From Mustelus asterias (Eukaryota), in contig NC_135810.1 in NCBI RefSeq assembly GCF_964213995.1, positions 24,304,001 through 24,368,000 on the forward strand: 64,000 nucleotides of DNA. The letters run 5' to 3'. The notes beneath the pieces were generated by a model, which did no database searches, had not been told where the DNA came from, and saw only the letters and a program-made list of their open reading frames with translations. Below, in pieces: positions 37,345 to 49,668 of the stretch. Numbering within the stretch: position 1 is the stretch's first letter; every line of letters starts with the position of its first letter. Both the position numbers and the translations under genes were made by a program.

Positions 37345-37895
37345 AAATAGCAGGGCTGAAGTATTGAATGAGTATTTTGTCTGACTCCAGGCATCACACT
37401 TTTGGAAGGACGTACATGGTTTAGTAGTTGGATCGGATGATTTATGGGAATGGCTCCAGAGATGAGGAATTTCAGTTATGTCGATAGATTGAAGAAATTG
37501 GGATTATTCTTCACAAAGGTTGAGAAGAAATTTAATAGAAGTGTTCAAAATCCTGAGAGTCCCACGTGGAATAGATAGAGAGAAACAGTTCCCATTGGCA
37601 AAAGAGTCAAAAAATAGAGGGCACTGATACAAAGTGGTTGGCAAAAGAATCAAAGGTGACAGTGAGAATTTCTTTTTACACAGTGAGTGGTTGCAATCTG
37701 GAATGCACTGCCTGAAGGGGTGCTGAAGGCAGATGTAATTATTCCTTTCAAAAGGAAAGTGGGTAAACACATGAAGGGAATAACATAGTGTTAGGCTACA
37801 GAAAAAGAATAAGGTGAACTAGCTAAATTGCTCTTCCAGAGAACATGCTTGATGTGCAGAATAACATCCTTCAGTGCTGTAACCATTCTATGATG
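37345..37895 (+). mobile_element. Old CR1 3' fragment
   Basis: gaagtgttcaaaatcctgag, tttttacacagtgagtggttgcaatctggaatgcactgcctg; ttctatga tail. Confidence 0.75.
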
Positions 37896-37913
37896 CTTTT
37901 ATTCTATTAGGTC

Positions 37914-38113
37914 NNNNNNNNNNNNNNNNNNNNNNNNNNNNNNNNNNNNNNNNNNNNNNNNNNNNNNNNNNNNNNNNNNNNNNNNNNNNNNNNNNNNNNN
38001 NNNNNNNNNNNNNNNNNNNNNNNNNNNNNNNNNNNNNNNNNNNNNNNNNNNNNNNNNNNNNNNNNNNNNNNNNNNNNNNNNNNNNNNNNNNNNNNNNNNN
38101 NNNNNNNNNNNNN
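37914..38113. other. Assembly gap (200 N)
   Basis: Run of N. Confidence 1.
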
Positions 38114-38199
38114 GGACATCCAAATAGCATTTTATACAGTGCCAAGTGATAGACATTTTCAGAAGGTCGAAGCACATGGTATAAAAATAATGGTAACTT

Positions 38200-38505
38200 T
38201 CATAGAATCCATACAGTGCAGGGGGAGGCCATTCAGCCCATCGATCCTACACCGACAACAATCCCACCCAGGTCCTATCCCCTTGATTATTCCCCCTGAC
38301 ACTAAGGGTCAATTTAGCATGGCCAATCCACCTAGCCTGCACATCTTTGGAGTATGGGAGGAAACCGGAGCACCCGGAGGAAACCCACACGAGACAAGGA
38401 GAATGTGCAGACTCCACATAGGCAGTCACCCGAGGCCGGAATGGAACCCGGGTCCCTGGCGCTGTGAGACAACAGTGCTAACCACTGTGCAACTGTGCTG
38501 CCCAC
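38200..38505 (-). mobile_element. V-SINE nested in an old CR1 fragment (~38114-38930)
   Basis: Head, V-domain and CR1-type tail. Confidence 0.88.
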
Positions 38506-38931
38506 TTGGGTAAATGATTGGCTCAAGGACCAGACAGTAAAAGTGAGTCATTTTTTATTGTTGGTGAAAAGTATGCACTGATGTTTGCCAATTATCGACA
38601 TTGGGAGTATTGGTTTCCTTGTTTTGTAGAAAATTAAAGGGAATATAACTTTGAAGGTTGCATATGGAACAAACCTTGACAATATTTTACTGGTAGCCTG
38701 AAAGCAGTAGACTTCAGGCGGTTACAGACCGGTGAATTGGGCAAGGGTTTGCCAGATATGATCTAGCATGGATAACTTTAAAGTTGTGTAATTTGGGAGA
38801 AGCAACGGTGTTGTTTAATGTTATTTTGAAAGCAGGTGCAAGGACAAAGTGTATGTGTGTATTCAATAAACTTTGAATGTGGCTGGTTAAGTTGTGGTGA
38901 AGAAAAAATACATTCGCCTTGGCTTTGCAAA

Positions 38932-39180
38932 TAGAATCATAGAACCCCGACAGTGCAGAAGGAGGCCATTCGGCCCATCAAGTCTGCACTGACTCTCCGA
39001 AAGAGCATCCTACCCAGGCCACCCATGTCCTATCCCCATAATTCCGTGCATTTACCATGGCTGATCCACCTAACCTACACTTCTTTTGGACACTAAGGGA
39101 CATTCTTCCTTTCCTGCATGTCTTTGGACTGTGGGAGGAAACAAGATCACCTGGAGGAAACCCACGCAGACATGGGGAGT
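38932..39180 (-). mobile_element. V-SINE, 5'-truncated
   Basis: V-domain and tail. Confidence 0.8.
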
Positions 39181-40221
39181 GTCCAGTCCAATTTAGTTTT
39201 AAAATTTGATTCTGAACCATGTGCAATATTCAGTCTAATTTAGTTTTAAAATTTGATCATGAACCCCTCCTAATAACTGCAAGTATTGAAATTGATTGTT
39301 ATGGTTTGGCTCTACTGAGTCTTTCAGTTATTTTTAGAAAATAACCTCACAGCTATCAATACGCAACTGGTTCCACTGGTCCTTTCTAATGAGTAAATCC
39401 ATCTTAATGGCATGGCAGTAAACATATTCAAAGTTATGCAGGAAGGTGCTCATAATAATCCAATTGCTTTGCATGCATGTTGAATCTGATCATGTGTAAT
39501 ACACTCGACAATTGCAAATCAGCAGCTAATTCCATTTGCTGCATTTACAGGAAGTTCCATTAATTTATAAAAAGCTATGGTGACGCTCAAATGCTTCCAT
39601 AATTAGACTGTGGATTGAAAGTATTGCCTGGAATGAAACATAAATGCAGAAATTAGCGTTGTTGGCACCTTTAGAGAAGCATGTGAAAGCATTTGTCTGA
39701 TGCACATATGTGTTGTTTTAATGTCTTTAAGCTTTGGGAAATTTAACTCTTCTTCCACTGCTATCACTATTTGCTATATCTGCACATTAATTTGCGGTGG
39801 TTTAATTCCACGTTGGCAATCTAATTTATGTGCTGGAATTTTTGTCAACTGCATACCATTCCCGACATCATAATCAGAACTGTACGGCACTTATGTTCTC
39901 CCTCTTTTCCCCGTTTCCCATGGGATTACATTAAGATTCTAAGTGCCGGAAGCGTGCACAGAAACAATGCCTGGTTCAATGTCAGAGAGGCTTTTCATTA
40001 TCAACATCGTCAGATGCTAATGTGGCAGGCATGGCTGGGCTGTAAAATAACCTTCTGATCAAACAGGGTAGGCTGTAAGTGTAGCAGTGTGAAGGGTAGA
40101 AGCTGCTAGAGATGCAGCTGAATGGTAAAAGCTACCAGTTCTCTAGGATAAGTATTCAAAGGCACTGGTACTGAAAGATGAAAAATGGAAGCCATCAGTG
40201 CTGTGAGATGAATGATTGATT

Positions 40222-40530
40222 TGGGGGCAGCATGGTGGCACAGTGGTTAGCACTGCCGCCTCACAGCACCAGGGACCCGGGTTCAATTCCCAGCTTGGGT
40301 CGCAATCTGTCTGGAGTCTGCACATTCTCCCTGTGGATTTATTCCAGGTGCTCAGTTTCCTCCCACAGCCCGAAAGACGTACCGGTTAGGTACATTGGCC
40401 ATGCCAAATTCTCCCTCAGTGTACCCGAATAGGCGCTGGAGTGTGCGGACTAGGGGATTTTCACAGCAACTTTATTGCAGTGTTAATGGAAACCTATTTG
40501 TGACACTAATAAAATAAGACAAACAAATAA
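40222..40530 (+). mobile_element. V-SINE, tail B
   Basis: Head plus aaattctccctcagtgtacccgaatagg...tttgtgacactaataaaata. Confidence 0.85.
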
Positions 40531-40790
40531 ACTGATGTTGCCAGTGCCACAGGCTGAACAGTCATTGCTGCCAGTATTGGAGGGTAAACAATTGGTGCCA
40601 GCTGTGCCACAGGGTGAATGGTTGACGCTGACAGTGCCACAGGGCAGTCAATGTTACTGTTGCCATAAGATTAATGGTCAATGCCAGCAATGCCACGGGA
40701 TTAACAGTTGATGCTGCCAGTGCCACAAGGTGAACAGTCGAAGCCTGCAGGGCCACAGGGACAAATGTACAATGCCACAAGTTGACACCG
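40531..40790. repeat. Degenerate ~30-bp minisatellite
   Basis: About 8 units resembling gttgatgctgccagtgccacagggtgaaca. Confidence 0.75.
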
Positions 40791-41019
40791 ATGAACTGTG
40801 AGCTGTAATGTTTGACAGGTTTTCCCATCTTTCATCTGCCCTCATCCTGAGGGTTGGCCGCACTATGAACAATCTTTCTTCACTGATTTCTATTCTCCAG
40901 CGGCCTCACTGCCTGCCCCATAGAGAGACCAGCCCAAGTTCCGATAATCTTCACCTATGACATTGTGCTACTTCGTTGTGCAGACTTCCCAGGTGTTTTT
41001 GCTTTGCACCTCCTCACTT

Positions 41020-42090
41020 TCTATTCTGTTCACATCACATATCCAAAATATGTGAGCAACTATACATTCCTTCAAGACCCAAAAACCCAAAAAGAAAAGT
41101 CAGTCAACTGTGGCTAACAAAGGAGGTGAAGGGTTGTAGAAGATCAAAGGGAAAGGCTGATGAAGTTGGCAAAAGTAGCAGTAAACACGAGGATTTGGAG
41201 GTTTTTAGAATACAGTAAAGGACAATCAAGAAACTGATAAAAGAAAAAGGGAGGGTAGAATATGAATGTAGACGAGCAAAAAACATTTGAATGGACTGTA
41301 AAAGCATCTACAAGAATGTAAAAAGGAAATGTTTTGCTAAGCCAAATGTGTGTCCATTATAGGCAGAGCCAGGAGAATTTATAATGAGGATCAGAGAAAC
41401 GGCAGACAAGCTATATAATTATTTGGGTCAGGAGTCTCTGGCCCTGTCTGCAGTCAGGATTATCTGGCTTAGCCAAAGGTTCATTGACTAGTGAGTGACC
41501 GGTGGGGTATCGCAAGGATCAGGCATGGGCCTCAGCTGTTCAAAATATATATCAATGATTTGGATGTGGGGATCAAATACAATATTTTCAACTTCATGGA
41601 TGACCCAAAGCTTGGTGCGTTGTGAGGAAGATATGAAACGACTTGAAGGGGATTTGAACAGACTTAGAGAGCAGGAAAGAACATGGCAGATGGAATGTAA
41701 TGTGGGAAAATGTGAGGTTATTTACTTTAGTAGAAGGAACAGATGTACAGAGAATTTCTTAAATGATGAGAGATTAAAAAGTGTAGATTTTCAAAGGACC
41801 TTGTCAATAAGCCACTGAAAACTAACATGCAGGTGCAGCAAGTAATTAGGAAGGCTAATAGTATGTTAGCCTTTATTGCAAGAGGATTTGAATACAGGAG
41901 TAGCAAAGGCTTTCTTCAATTGTATAGAACTTTGGTTGAAGTGCACCTGGAGTACTATCTGTAGTTTTAGTTCCTATGTCTCAGGAAGGATATTATTACC
42001 AAAGAGGGAATGCAACAAATGTTCACCAGATATGTTCCCGGAATGGCAGGACTGACTATGAAGAGAGATTGAGTAACTTTTTGTACTTCC
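41020..42090 (+). mobile_element. Old, internally deleted CR1 ORF2 fragment
   Basis: WLTKEVK, TGGVSQGS, WQMECNVGKCEV. Confidence 0.85.
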
Positions 42091-42291
42091 TGAAAAACAA
42101 CAGATTCAATACTACAGCTGCTGCTCGCAAACTATATCCCTATTTTAAGGCTGGAATAAAACTTAACTTCTTTTAAATTTAGGATTAATTTTCAGTCAAT
42201 TGCTAAGTTAAAGAAAGAAATAGAAAAAAATAGACTTTAGATCGAAAATAATCTTTCAAACTACCTCACTCACCAAACTCACTAACTCATA

Positions 42292-43322
42292 GGGCACGAT
42301 GTTACCAATCGGAACATAAGGGCGGGATCTGGGCGTAATACAGATCCGAGCCCGGAATTCTCTTTCCAGCGCGCCCATACGCGTTTTGGCGGCTCCGGTC
42401 CGATTCGTGCTGTGGACGGGGCTTAGCGCTGCAGGAACGATGGGAGCTCTGAACTGCGCATGTGCAGTTCGAAAAAAATCTGAAACAGCGCGCCCGGGCA
42501 CGAAAGAAAAAAGCAAAGAGAGCGGCTTTCTGACACAGGCCATCTGTGTGGGGCGGGGGGGTGAGGGGGGGGGAGGAGAGTGGGTGTGACGTATCATCCT
42601 CTGGGGGCGGGGGTGGTGTGACCGATCATCCCCTTGGGTGGGGGGGTGGGAGGGGAGGAGGTGTGGCCGATCATCCCCTGGAAGGGGGGGGTGTGGTGGG
42701 AGGGGAGGGGGTGTGACCAATTATCCCAGGGGGGCGGTGGTGGGAGGGGAGGGGGTGTGGCCGATCATCCCCGGGGAGGGGGGAGTGAGACAGGGTGGCA
42801 GCAGACCCCCTCCCTAGGGGATGATCGGTCACACCCTCTCCCCTCCACCCCCCCCCCCCCACCCCCCCGGGATGATCGGTCACACCCTCTCCCCTCCCCC
42901 CCCACCCCCCGGGATGATCGGTCACACCCCCTCCCCTCCCACCCCTCCTCCCAGTGGATGACCTGGGTCAGAGAGCCGTTGCAGTCTCCGACCCTGCTTT
43001 TCGGAGGCTGCAGCAGCGACTTTGGATTTTTTTTCGGCAGGTCGATTACAGCGCGGATCCGCATCGGACCAGAAGACGGTAAAGTGGGATTTGGCGGTAG
43101 AGTTGGGCGCGCGGTTCATTCAGTCGATTTAAATGCATGCAAATGCATTTAAATCGTCGGGCCGGCCGATTCGGGCGCGCGCCGGACCCGCGCCCAAATC
43201 GGGTGTCGGTAAAGCCGCAATCTGCTTGGAATCGGGTGCAGATCGCGGTATAGGCCCGACGCCCAACTTTACCGCGATTCCGCACCCGAAAACAGGCACG
43301 AAGGTTTGGTAAAATCGGGCTC
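42292..43322. mobile_element. Non-autonomous PIF/Harbinger-like element (family H1), no OPA1 cargo
   Basis: TIRs gggcacgatgttacca / tggtaaaatcgggctc; flanks ATA/ATT; core is a mirror-arranged (gatgatcggtcacacccc)n minisatellite. Confidence 0.85.
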
Positions 43323-44009
43323 ATTTTCTTAGATACTTACTGATCCATTTGCTTTGCCATCAAGTGATATCGTTCTGAGTCCTTTCACTTCAAATGCTCT
43401 TATTTGAGGGATGGTCAATGCATTGATTTTTCTGGATCGTGGCTTGTGAGAATACCTCAGTGTAATTGGTTGCTTGACGTTGTTCTCCACATCACGTTGT
43501 TCTGGGTACCAGTGGTTCCCTGTGGTTGGTACCTGAATGAAATTAACTTCAGGAAAGGTCAAATCCACAACATTGAAACCATTTGATCTTGATGGGAAGC
43601 TGTCTTTGAGGTCAGTGACCTGTGTTGGCAGCAATATTAGTTGGAAGTTGGAGTTTAGCTCCACTGGAATCAAGTGTTGCTTATCCTGCTTGTGGTGTGC
43701 ACTTGCACAAAATAGAAGAGCTGCCCGTAACTAATAGAGGTCACAGTTCTGATCTGAAATATGAAGTCCAAGGATACCACCTTCATATCAAACTCAATGA
43801 AGGCACAATAGAAAACACAGAAACACACAGAACCAGACTCAATGGGGAAAATTTAATCACATTGTGATGATTTATTTAATTTTAATCTTTATTCTGGACA
43901 CTGAGAAAGATATAACAGATAATATTCATCAAAGAGAATTTCAAATGATTTGATTTTTTAAAACATCCAATGTTAACCTGTTGGTATATTGCTTTCCAAT
44001 GTAATATAA

Positions 44010-44560
44010 ACATGAATGGGAGCAGAAACAGGTCATTTGGCCCCACAAGCCTGCTCTGCCATTTGATACAATCACTGTTGGTTTGTTTTTTGTTCCAATT
44101 ATCTCGATAGCCTTTGATTCCCTTGCCCAACAAGAATCTATCGACTTTCAACTTAAAAATATTCAATGACTGCCACCTCAATCACACCCCTCACAAAACC
44201 CCCAGGTGCCCTCCATTGCTCTCTGAGCTAGAGAGTTCAAAGACACACAACCCTCTGAGAGGAAACAATTCTCCTCATCTCTGCCCTAAAAGGATGACTC
44301 TTAATTTTAAAAGAATGCCCCTCGTTTGGGATTCACCCCTGAGAGGAAAGATTTTTTTCCCTGTCCACCTTGTCAAGACTGGATTCCGGATCTTATACAC
44401 TTCAATCTGTTCATCCCTCACTCGTCTAAACTCCAATGGAAACAGACCCATCTATCTAACCCTTCTTCAAATGACAACCTACTCATTCCAGGGATCAATC
44501 GAGTAACTCTTCTCTGAACCACTTCCTATGCATTTATATCCTTCCTTAAATAAGGAGACC
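44010..44560 (-). mobile_element. Old CR1 3' fragment
   Basis: SLNIFKLKVDRFLLGKGIKGY. Confidence 0.8.
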
Positions 44561-45534
44561 ATAAAAAGGTCTGTTCAGTCATCTTCATATAACAGAGTCA
44601 GGGTTAGAAAACTAGCATTGAAGTTCTGTCTGTTGAAGGTTCTACTTGGACTTTTCATTGGAATATTGCAACTTGAGGAGGGAGATTTGCTCTGTGAATA
44701 TCTGTGTCACAAAAGATAAATCAGTTCTTTAAAAACAGGTTTAATTTGTTCTTATTAATAGAATAAATCTCTCAGAATTATAATATTATCCCTTCATTGA
44801 AGTTCCACGTTTTTTATAATTTGTAACTTGCAAATTGAAACTCTAAACAGTGCCAGAAAAAACGATTGGAAAATTGCAGCCACATGCCCATAATTTTCTG
44901 ATGTATGCTGGCGATGGCTGAGGTACTTCAAAGGAACAAGAAAATCAGTATGTGCGCACCATATAAGAACAACAAATGAAGGAGACACTGGACAATTTAT
45001 TGCAATATTGACAATGAGCTGGCTTTTGAGTATAATTCTGAATCATAAGGAAAACTGGAAGTCTGGCATTGACACAGAACATTACAACGAGAATTCCTTA
45101 ACCTGACTAATCGCTTATCCAATGATTGATGAGGGAAGTACCTGCTAATTTAGTTGGAGTACAATTGCTTGGTTTAATTGATCTGCAAGGATGTTGAAGT
45201 AAATAAGAAAATGAGGACATTCATTACTATGTGGGGCTGACTATTTCAATCCATCCAAATGTTGTTTAGTCTGAGGAATGTTCCATCAAGCTCTCAAAAA
45301 TAGATCAATAAAGCATTCAACATTTTTTTCAAATGCTACACTGCCTACCTTAATGACATAACAATATTCATTGCTTTATTTGGAAACCAAACACGAAGAA
45401 TGTAGAAAACACATGTTTTCAAGAGAGAGCTACAGCTGCAAAAATCTATAAACACAGATATATAGATCTTTTAAGGTTAACAAAAACATAGAAAAGGATG
45501 ATGGTGAATTATATTATTCCTATAGAAAAGATGA

Positions 45535-48500
45535 CCATAAGATATAGGAGCAGAATTAGGCCATTCAGCCCATCAAATCTGCTCCACCATTCAATAATGA
45601 CTGGTAGGTTTCTCAACCCCGTTCTCCCGCCTTTTCCCCGTAACGTTTGATCCCCTTGCCAATCAAGAACATATCTATTTCTATCTTAAAAATTCAATGA
45701 CCTGGCCTCCACGTCCTTCTGTGGCAATGAATTTCATAGATTCACTACCCTCTGGCTGAAGAAATTCCTTCTCATCTCGGTTCTAAAGTGTGGTCCCTGC
45801 TACCCTTCTTAAACAACGGGACCACATTCGCTATCCTCCAATCCTCAGGGACCTCACCCGTGTCCAAAGAAGCGACAAGCCGGATTAGGCAGGAATTGGT
45901 GGATGTTGATTGGGAGAGGATGTTCAAGGGTAAGTCCGTGTCTGGCATGTGGGAGTCTTTTAAGGAACTATTGATAAGGCTGCAGGATAGGCATGTGCCT
46001 GTAAAAAGGAAAGATAGGAAAGGTAGGATTCGAGAGCCGTGGATAACCAGGGAAATTGAGGATCTGATTAAAATGAAAAGGGAGGCGTACGTTAAGTCCA
46101 GGCAACAGAAAACAGATGGAGCTCTGGAGGAATACAGAGAGAGTAGGAAAGAACTCAAACGGGGAGTTAGAAGGTCAAAAAGAGGTCACGAGATGTTCTT
46201 GGCAGGCAGGATTAAGGAGAATCCTAAGGCATTCTATTCATACGTTAGGAACAAAAGAGTTGTCAGGGAGAAAATCGGACCTCTCAGGGACAAAGGAGGG
46301 GAATTATGCTTAGAACCCAAGGGAATAGGGGAGATCCTAAATGAATACTTTGCATCGTATTCACGAAGGAGAGGGGCGTGTTAACCGGGAGTGTCTCGGA
46401 GGGAGGTGTTGACCCGTTCGAGAAACTCTCCATTACAAGAGAGGAAGTGTTAGGTTTTTTAGGGAACATTAAAACTGACAAAGCCCCAGGGCCTGATGGC
46501 ATCTATCCTCGACTGCTCAGGGAGACGAGAGATGAAATTGCTGGGCCTCTGACGGAAATCTTTGTCGCTTCTTTGGACACGGGTGAGGTCCCTGAGGATT
46601 GGAGGATAGCGAATGTGGTCCCGTTGTTTAAGAAGGGTAGCAGGGATAACCCAGGAAATTATAGGCCAGTGAGCTTGACGTCTGTGGTAGGGAAGTTGTT
46701 GGAGAGGATTCTTAGAGACAGGATGTATGTGTATTTAGAAAGGAACAATCTCATTAGTGACAGACAGCATGGTTTTGTAAGAGGGAGGTCGTGCCTTACA
46801 AATTTGGTGGAGTTTTTTGAGGAAGTGACAAAAACGGTTGATGAAGGAAGGGCCGTGGATGTCGTCTATATGGATTTCAGTAAGGCATTTGACAAAGTCC
46901 CACATGGCAGGTTGGTTAAGAAGGTTAAGGCTCATGGGATACAAGGAGAAGTGGCTAGATGGGTGGAGAACTGGCTTGGCCATAGGAGACAGAGAGTAGT
47001 GGTCGAACGGCCTTTTTCGGCTGGAGGTCTGTGACCAGTGGTGTTCCGCAGGGCTCTGTACTGGGACCTCTGCTATTTGTGATATATATAAATGATTTGG
47101 AAGAAGGTGTAACTGGTGTAATCAGCAAGTTTGCGGATGACATGAAGATGGCTGGACTTGCGGATAGCGAAGAGCATTGTCGGGCAATACAGCAGGATAT
47201 AGATAAGCTGGAAAATTGGGCGGAGAGGTGGCAGATGGAGTTTAATCCGGATAAATGCGAAGTGATGCATTTTGGAAGAAATAATGTAGGGAGGAGTTAT
47301 ACAATAAATGGCAGAGTCATCAGGAGTATAGAAACACAGAGGGACCTAAGTGTGCAAGTCCACAAATCCTTGAAGGTGGCAACACAGGTGGAGAAGGTGG
47401 TGAAGAAGGCATATGGTATGCTTGCCTTTATAGGACCGGGTATAGAGTATAAAAGCTGGAGTCTGATGATGCAGCTGTATAGAACGCTGGTTAGGCCACA
47501 TTTGGAGTACTGTGTCCAGGTCTGGTCGCCACACTACCAGAAGGACGTGGAGGCGTTAGAGAGAGTGCAGAGAAGGTTTACCAGGATGTTGCCTGGTATG
47601 GAGGGTCTTAGCTATGAGGAGAGATTGGGTAAACTGGGGTTATTCTCCCTGGAAAGACGGAGAATGAGGGGAGATCTAATAGAGGTGTACAAGATTATGA
47701 AGGGGATAGATAGGGTGAACGGTGGGAAGCTTTTTCCCAGATCAGAAGTGACGATCACGAGGGGTCACGGGCTCAAGGTGATTGGGGCGAAGTATAACTC
47801 AGATATTAGAGGGATGTTTTTTACACAGAGGGTGGTGGGGGCCTGGAATGCGCTGCCAAGTAGGGTGGTGGAGGCAGGCACACTGACATCGTTTAAGACT
47901 TACCTGGATAGTCACATGAGCAGCCTGGGAATGGAGGGATACAAACGATTGGTCTAGTTGGACCAAGGAGCGGCACAGGCTTGGAGGGCCGAAGGGCCTG
48001 TTTCCTGTGCTGTACTGTTCTTTGTTCTTTATTCTGAAGTTATGCTCTCAGATCTAAGTCTCTCCTACTAATGGAAACGTCTTTCCCAAATCCACTCTAT
48101 CCAGACCTTTCAATTGTCTATAAATTACAATGAGGTCCCCCCTCATCCTTCGAAACTCCATGGAGCACAGACCCAAACTCCTCAAACACTCCTCATCCGT
48201 CAAGTTTTCATTCCTGTGTTCATTCTTATGAACCTCCTCTGGACCCTCTCCAGGGCCAGCACATCCTTCCTCACATACGGGGCCCAAAGTTGTTCACAAT
48301 ACTCCAAGTGTGGTCTGACCAGAGCCTTATAAAGTACATCTCTGCTTTTGTATCCTCGTCCTTTTGAAATGAATGCTAACATTGCATTTGCCTTCCTAAC
48401 TATCAACTCAACCTGCAACTTAACCTTAAGAGAATCCTGAACTAGGACTCCCAAGTCCCTTTGCACTTCCAATTTCTGAATTTTCTCCCCATTTAGAAAA

Positions 48501-48555
48501 TAGCCTACACCTCTATTCTTCCTATTAAAGTGCATAACTTTACACTTTCCCAATC
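45535..48555 (-). mobile_element. CR1 3' fragment (host), split by a younger CR1
   Basis: Tail 45535-45793 continues at 48030-48555 (GKCKVMHF, LVRPHLEYC). Confidence 0.85.
45794..48029 (+). mobile_element. Young CR1 LINE, 5'-truncated, RT domain in three frameshifted ORFs
   Basis: KAPGPDGI, QHGF, YMDFSKAFDKV, GVPQGSVLGP, FADD; (tgttctt)n tail; 85-bp inverted duplication at the 5' end. Confidence 0.97.
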
Positions 48556-48821
48556 ATTAAGAAACATTGGAACCATGTCAGGCTATCAACAACAGCTTGG
48601 AAAATTGTGTTTCTTTTTTTCATTTGAACAGCAAATCATCAAATTATTGATTTCAGTATCATGAAAGACTTTGAGAGGGTACATAGTGCATGATGGTTAA
48701 TATTGTTTGGAAAATTAGTCACAAGGGCAATATCACTAAATTCTCTCTTGAACAATTTAGATAAAATATTTGCACGTCGAGATTTATTAAATGGTGAGAT
48801 ATTTTATGTTAAGTGATTCGA

Positions 48822-49160
48822 TAAGATGTTGAGAGGCATAGATCGGGTGGACCCTCAGAGGCTTTTTCCCAGGGCGGAAATGGCTGCTATGAGAGGACAC
48901 AGGTTTAAGGTGCTGGGGGGTAGATACAGGGGAAATGTTAGGGGGAAGTTTTTCTCACAGAGCGTGGTGGGCGAGTGGAATCGGCTGCCGTCAGTGGTGG
49001 TGGAGGCAATCTCAATGGGGTCTTTTAAGAGACTCCTGGATGAGTACATGGGACTTAATAGGATGGAGGGTTATAGGTAGGCCTAAAAGATAGGGATATG
49101 TTCGGCACAACTTGTGGGGCCGAAGGGCCTGTTTTTGTGCTGTAGTTTTCTATGTTTCTA
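48822..49160 (+). mobile_element. CR1 3' end
   Basis: ORF 48826-49080 MLRGIDRVD..FFSQSVVGEWNRLP; ttctatg tail. Confidence 0.9.
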
Positions 49161-49629
49161 TTACTGTGACAGAAATATTTTAAAGGGAATTTGCTAAATA
49201 TAAGTGCAAATATGGAGGGATCTGGGCAAAAGATGGTGAATAGAGCAAGAAAAGAGAATACTGGAACATGCATAAGATTATTATGTCCTTTTGTGCAGTA
49301 TTTTGTATTTTATTATCATCTAAAATGAGGCACCCTTTAACTGAATTGATTTTTTAAAAGATTTGTCAAAAGCGTAAAAAGAAGGTACTTTAATTGATGG
49401 CTACAATATACTGTGAAAGACAATCTCACATATCTGGTCAGCATGGTTTCAAGTACTGTGAAAAAGTAATCAAATCATTTAAGAAAAACAGTAAATTCTT
49501 GCTGACATTGAAACATGAACAATTCCCTCAAGTCAAATGTCTAATCCTGGATTATTGTCAATGGCTGACTAGTACATGCGCAACACTCTGCGTCGCCCAA
49601 TCACCACTTAAAGGGACCATACACCTTTT

Positions 49630-49668
49630 AGCTTTGATAAAGGGTCGTCTGGATTTGAAACGTCAGCT
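49630..49668 (+). ncRNA. Minimal hammerhead ribozyme motif, U3-A8 variant
   Basis: AGCU-UUGAUAA-A-GGGUC..GAUUU-GAAA-CG-UC-AGCU; palindromic ACGU stem III and GUC cleavage triplet. Confidence 0.65.

Noticed and set aside
37888-38177. ORFs across the N run
   Set aside because: Artefacts of the assembly gap.
39184-39266. Short direct duplication (aatttagttttaaaatttgat twice)
   Set aside because: Ordinary local tandem duplication with no further structure.
40531-40790. CRISPR-like array
   Set aside because: Degenerate tandem units with no unique spacers, in eukaryotic DNA.
45788-47957. Autonomous active CR1
   Set aside because: It lacks ORF1 and the endonuclease domain, and ORF2 is split by two frameshifts.
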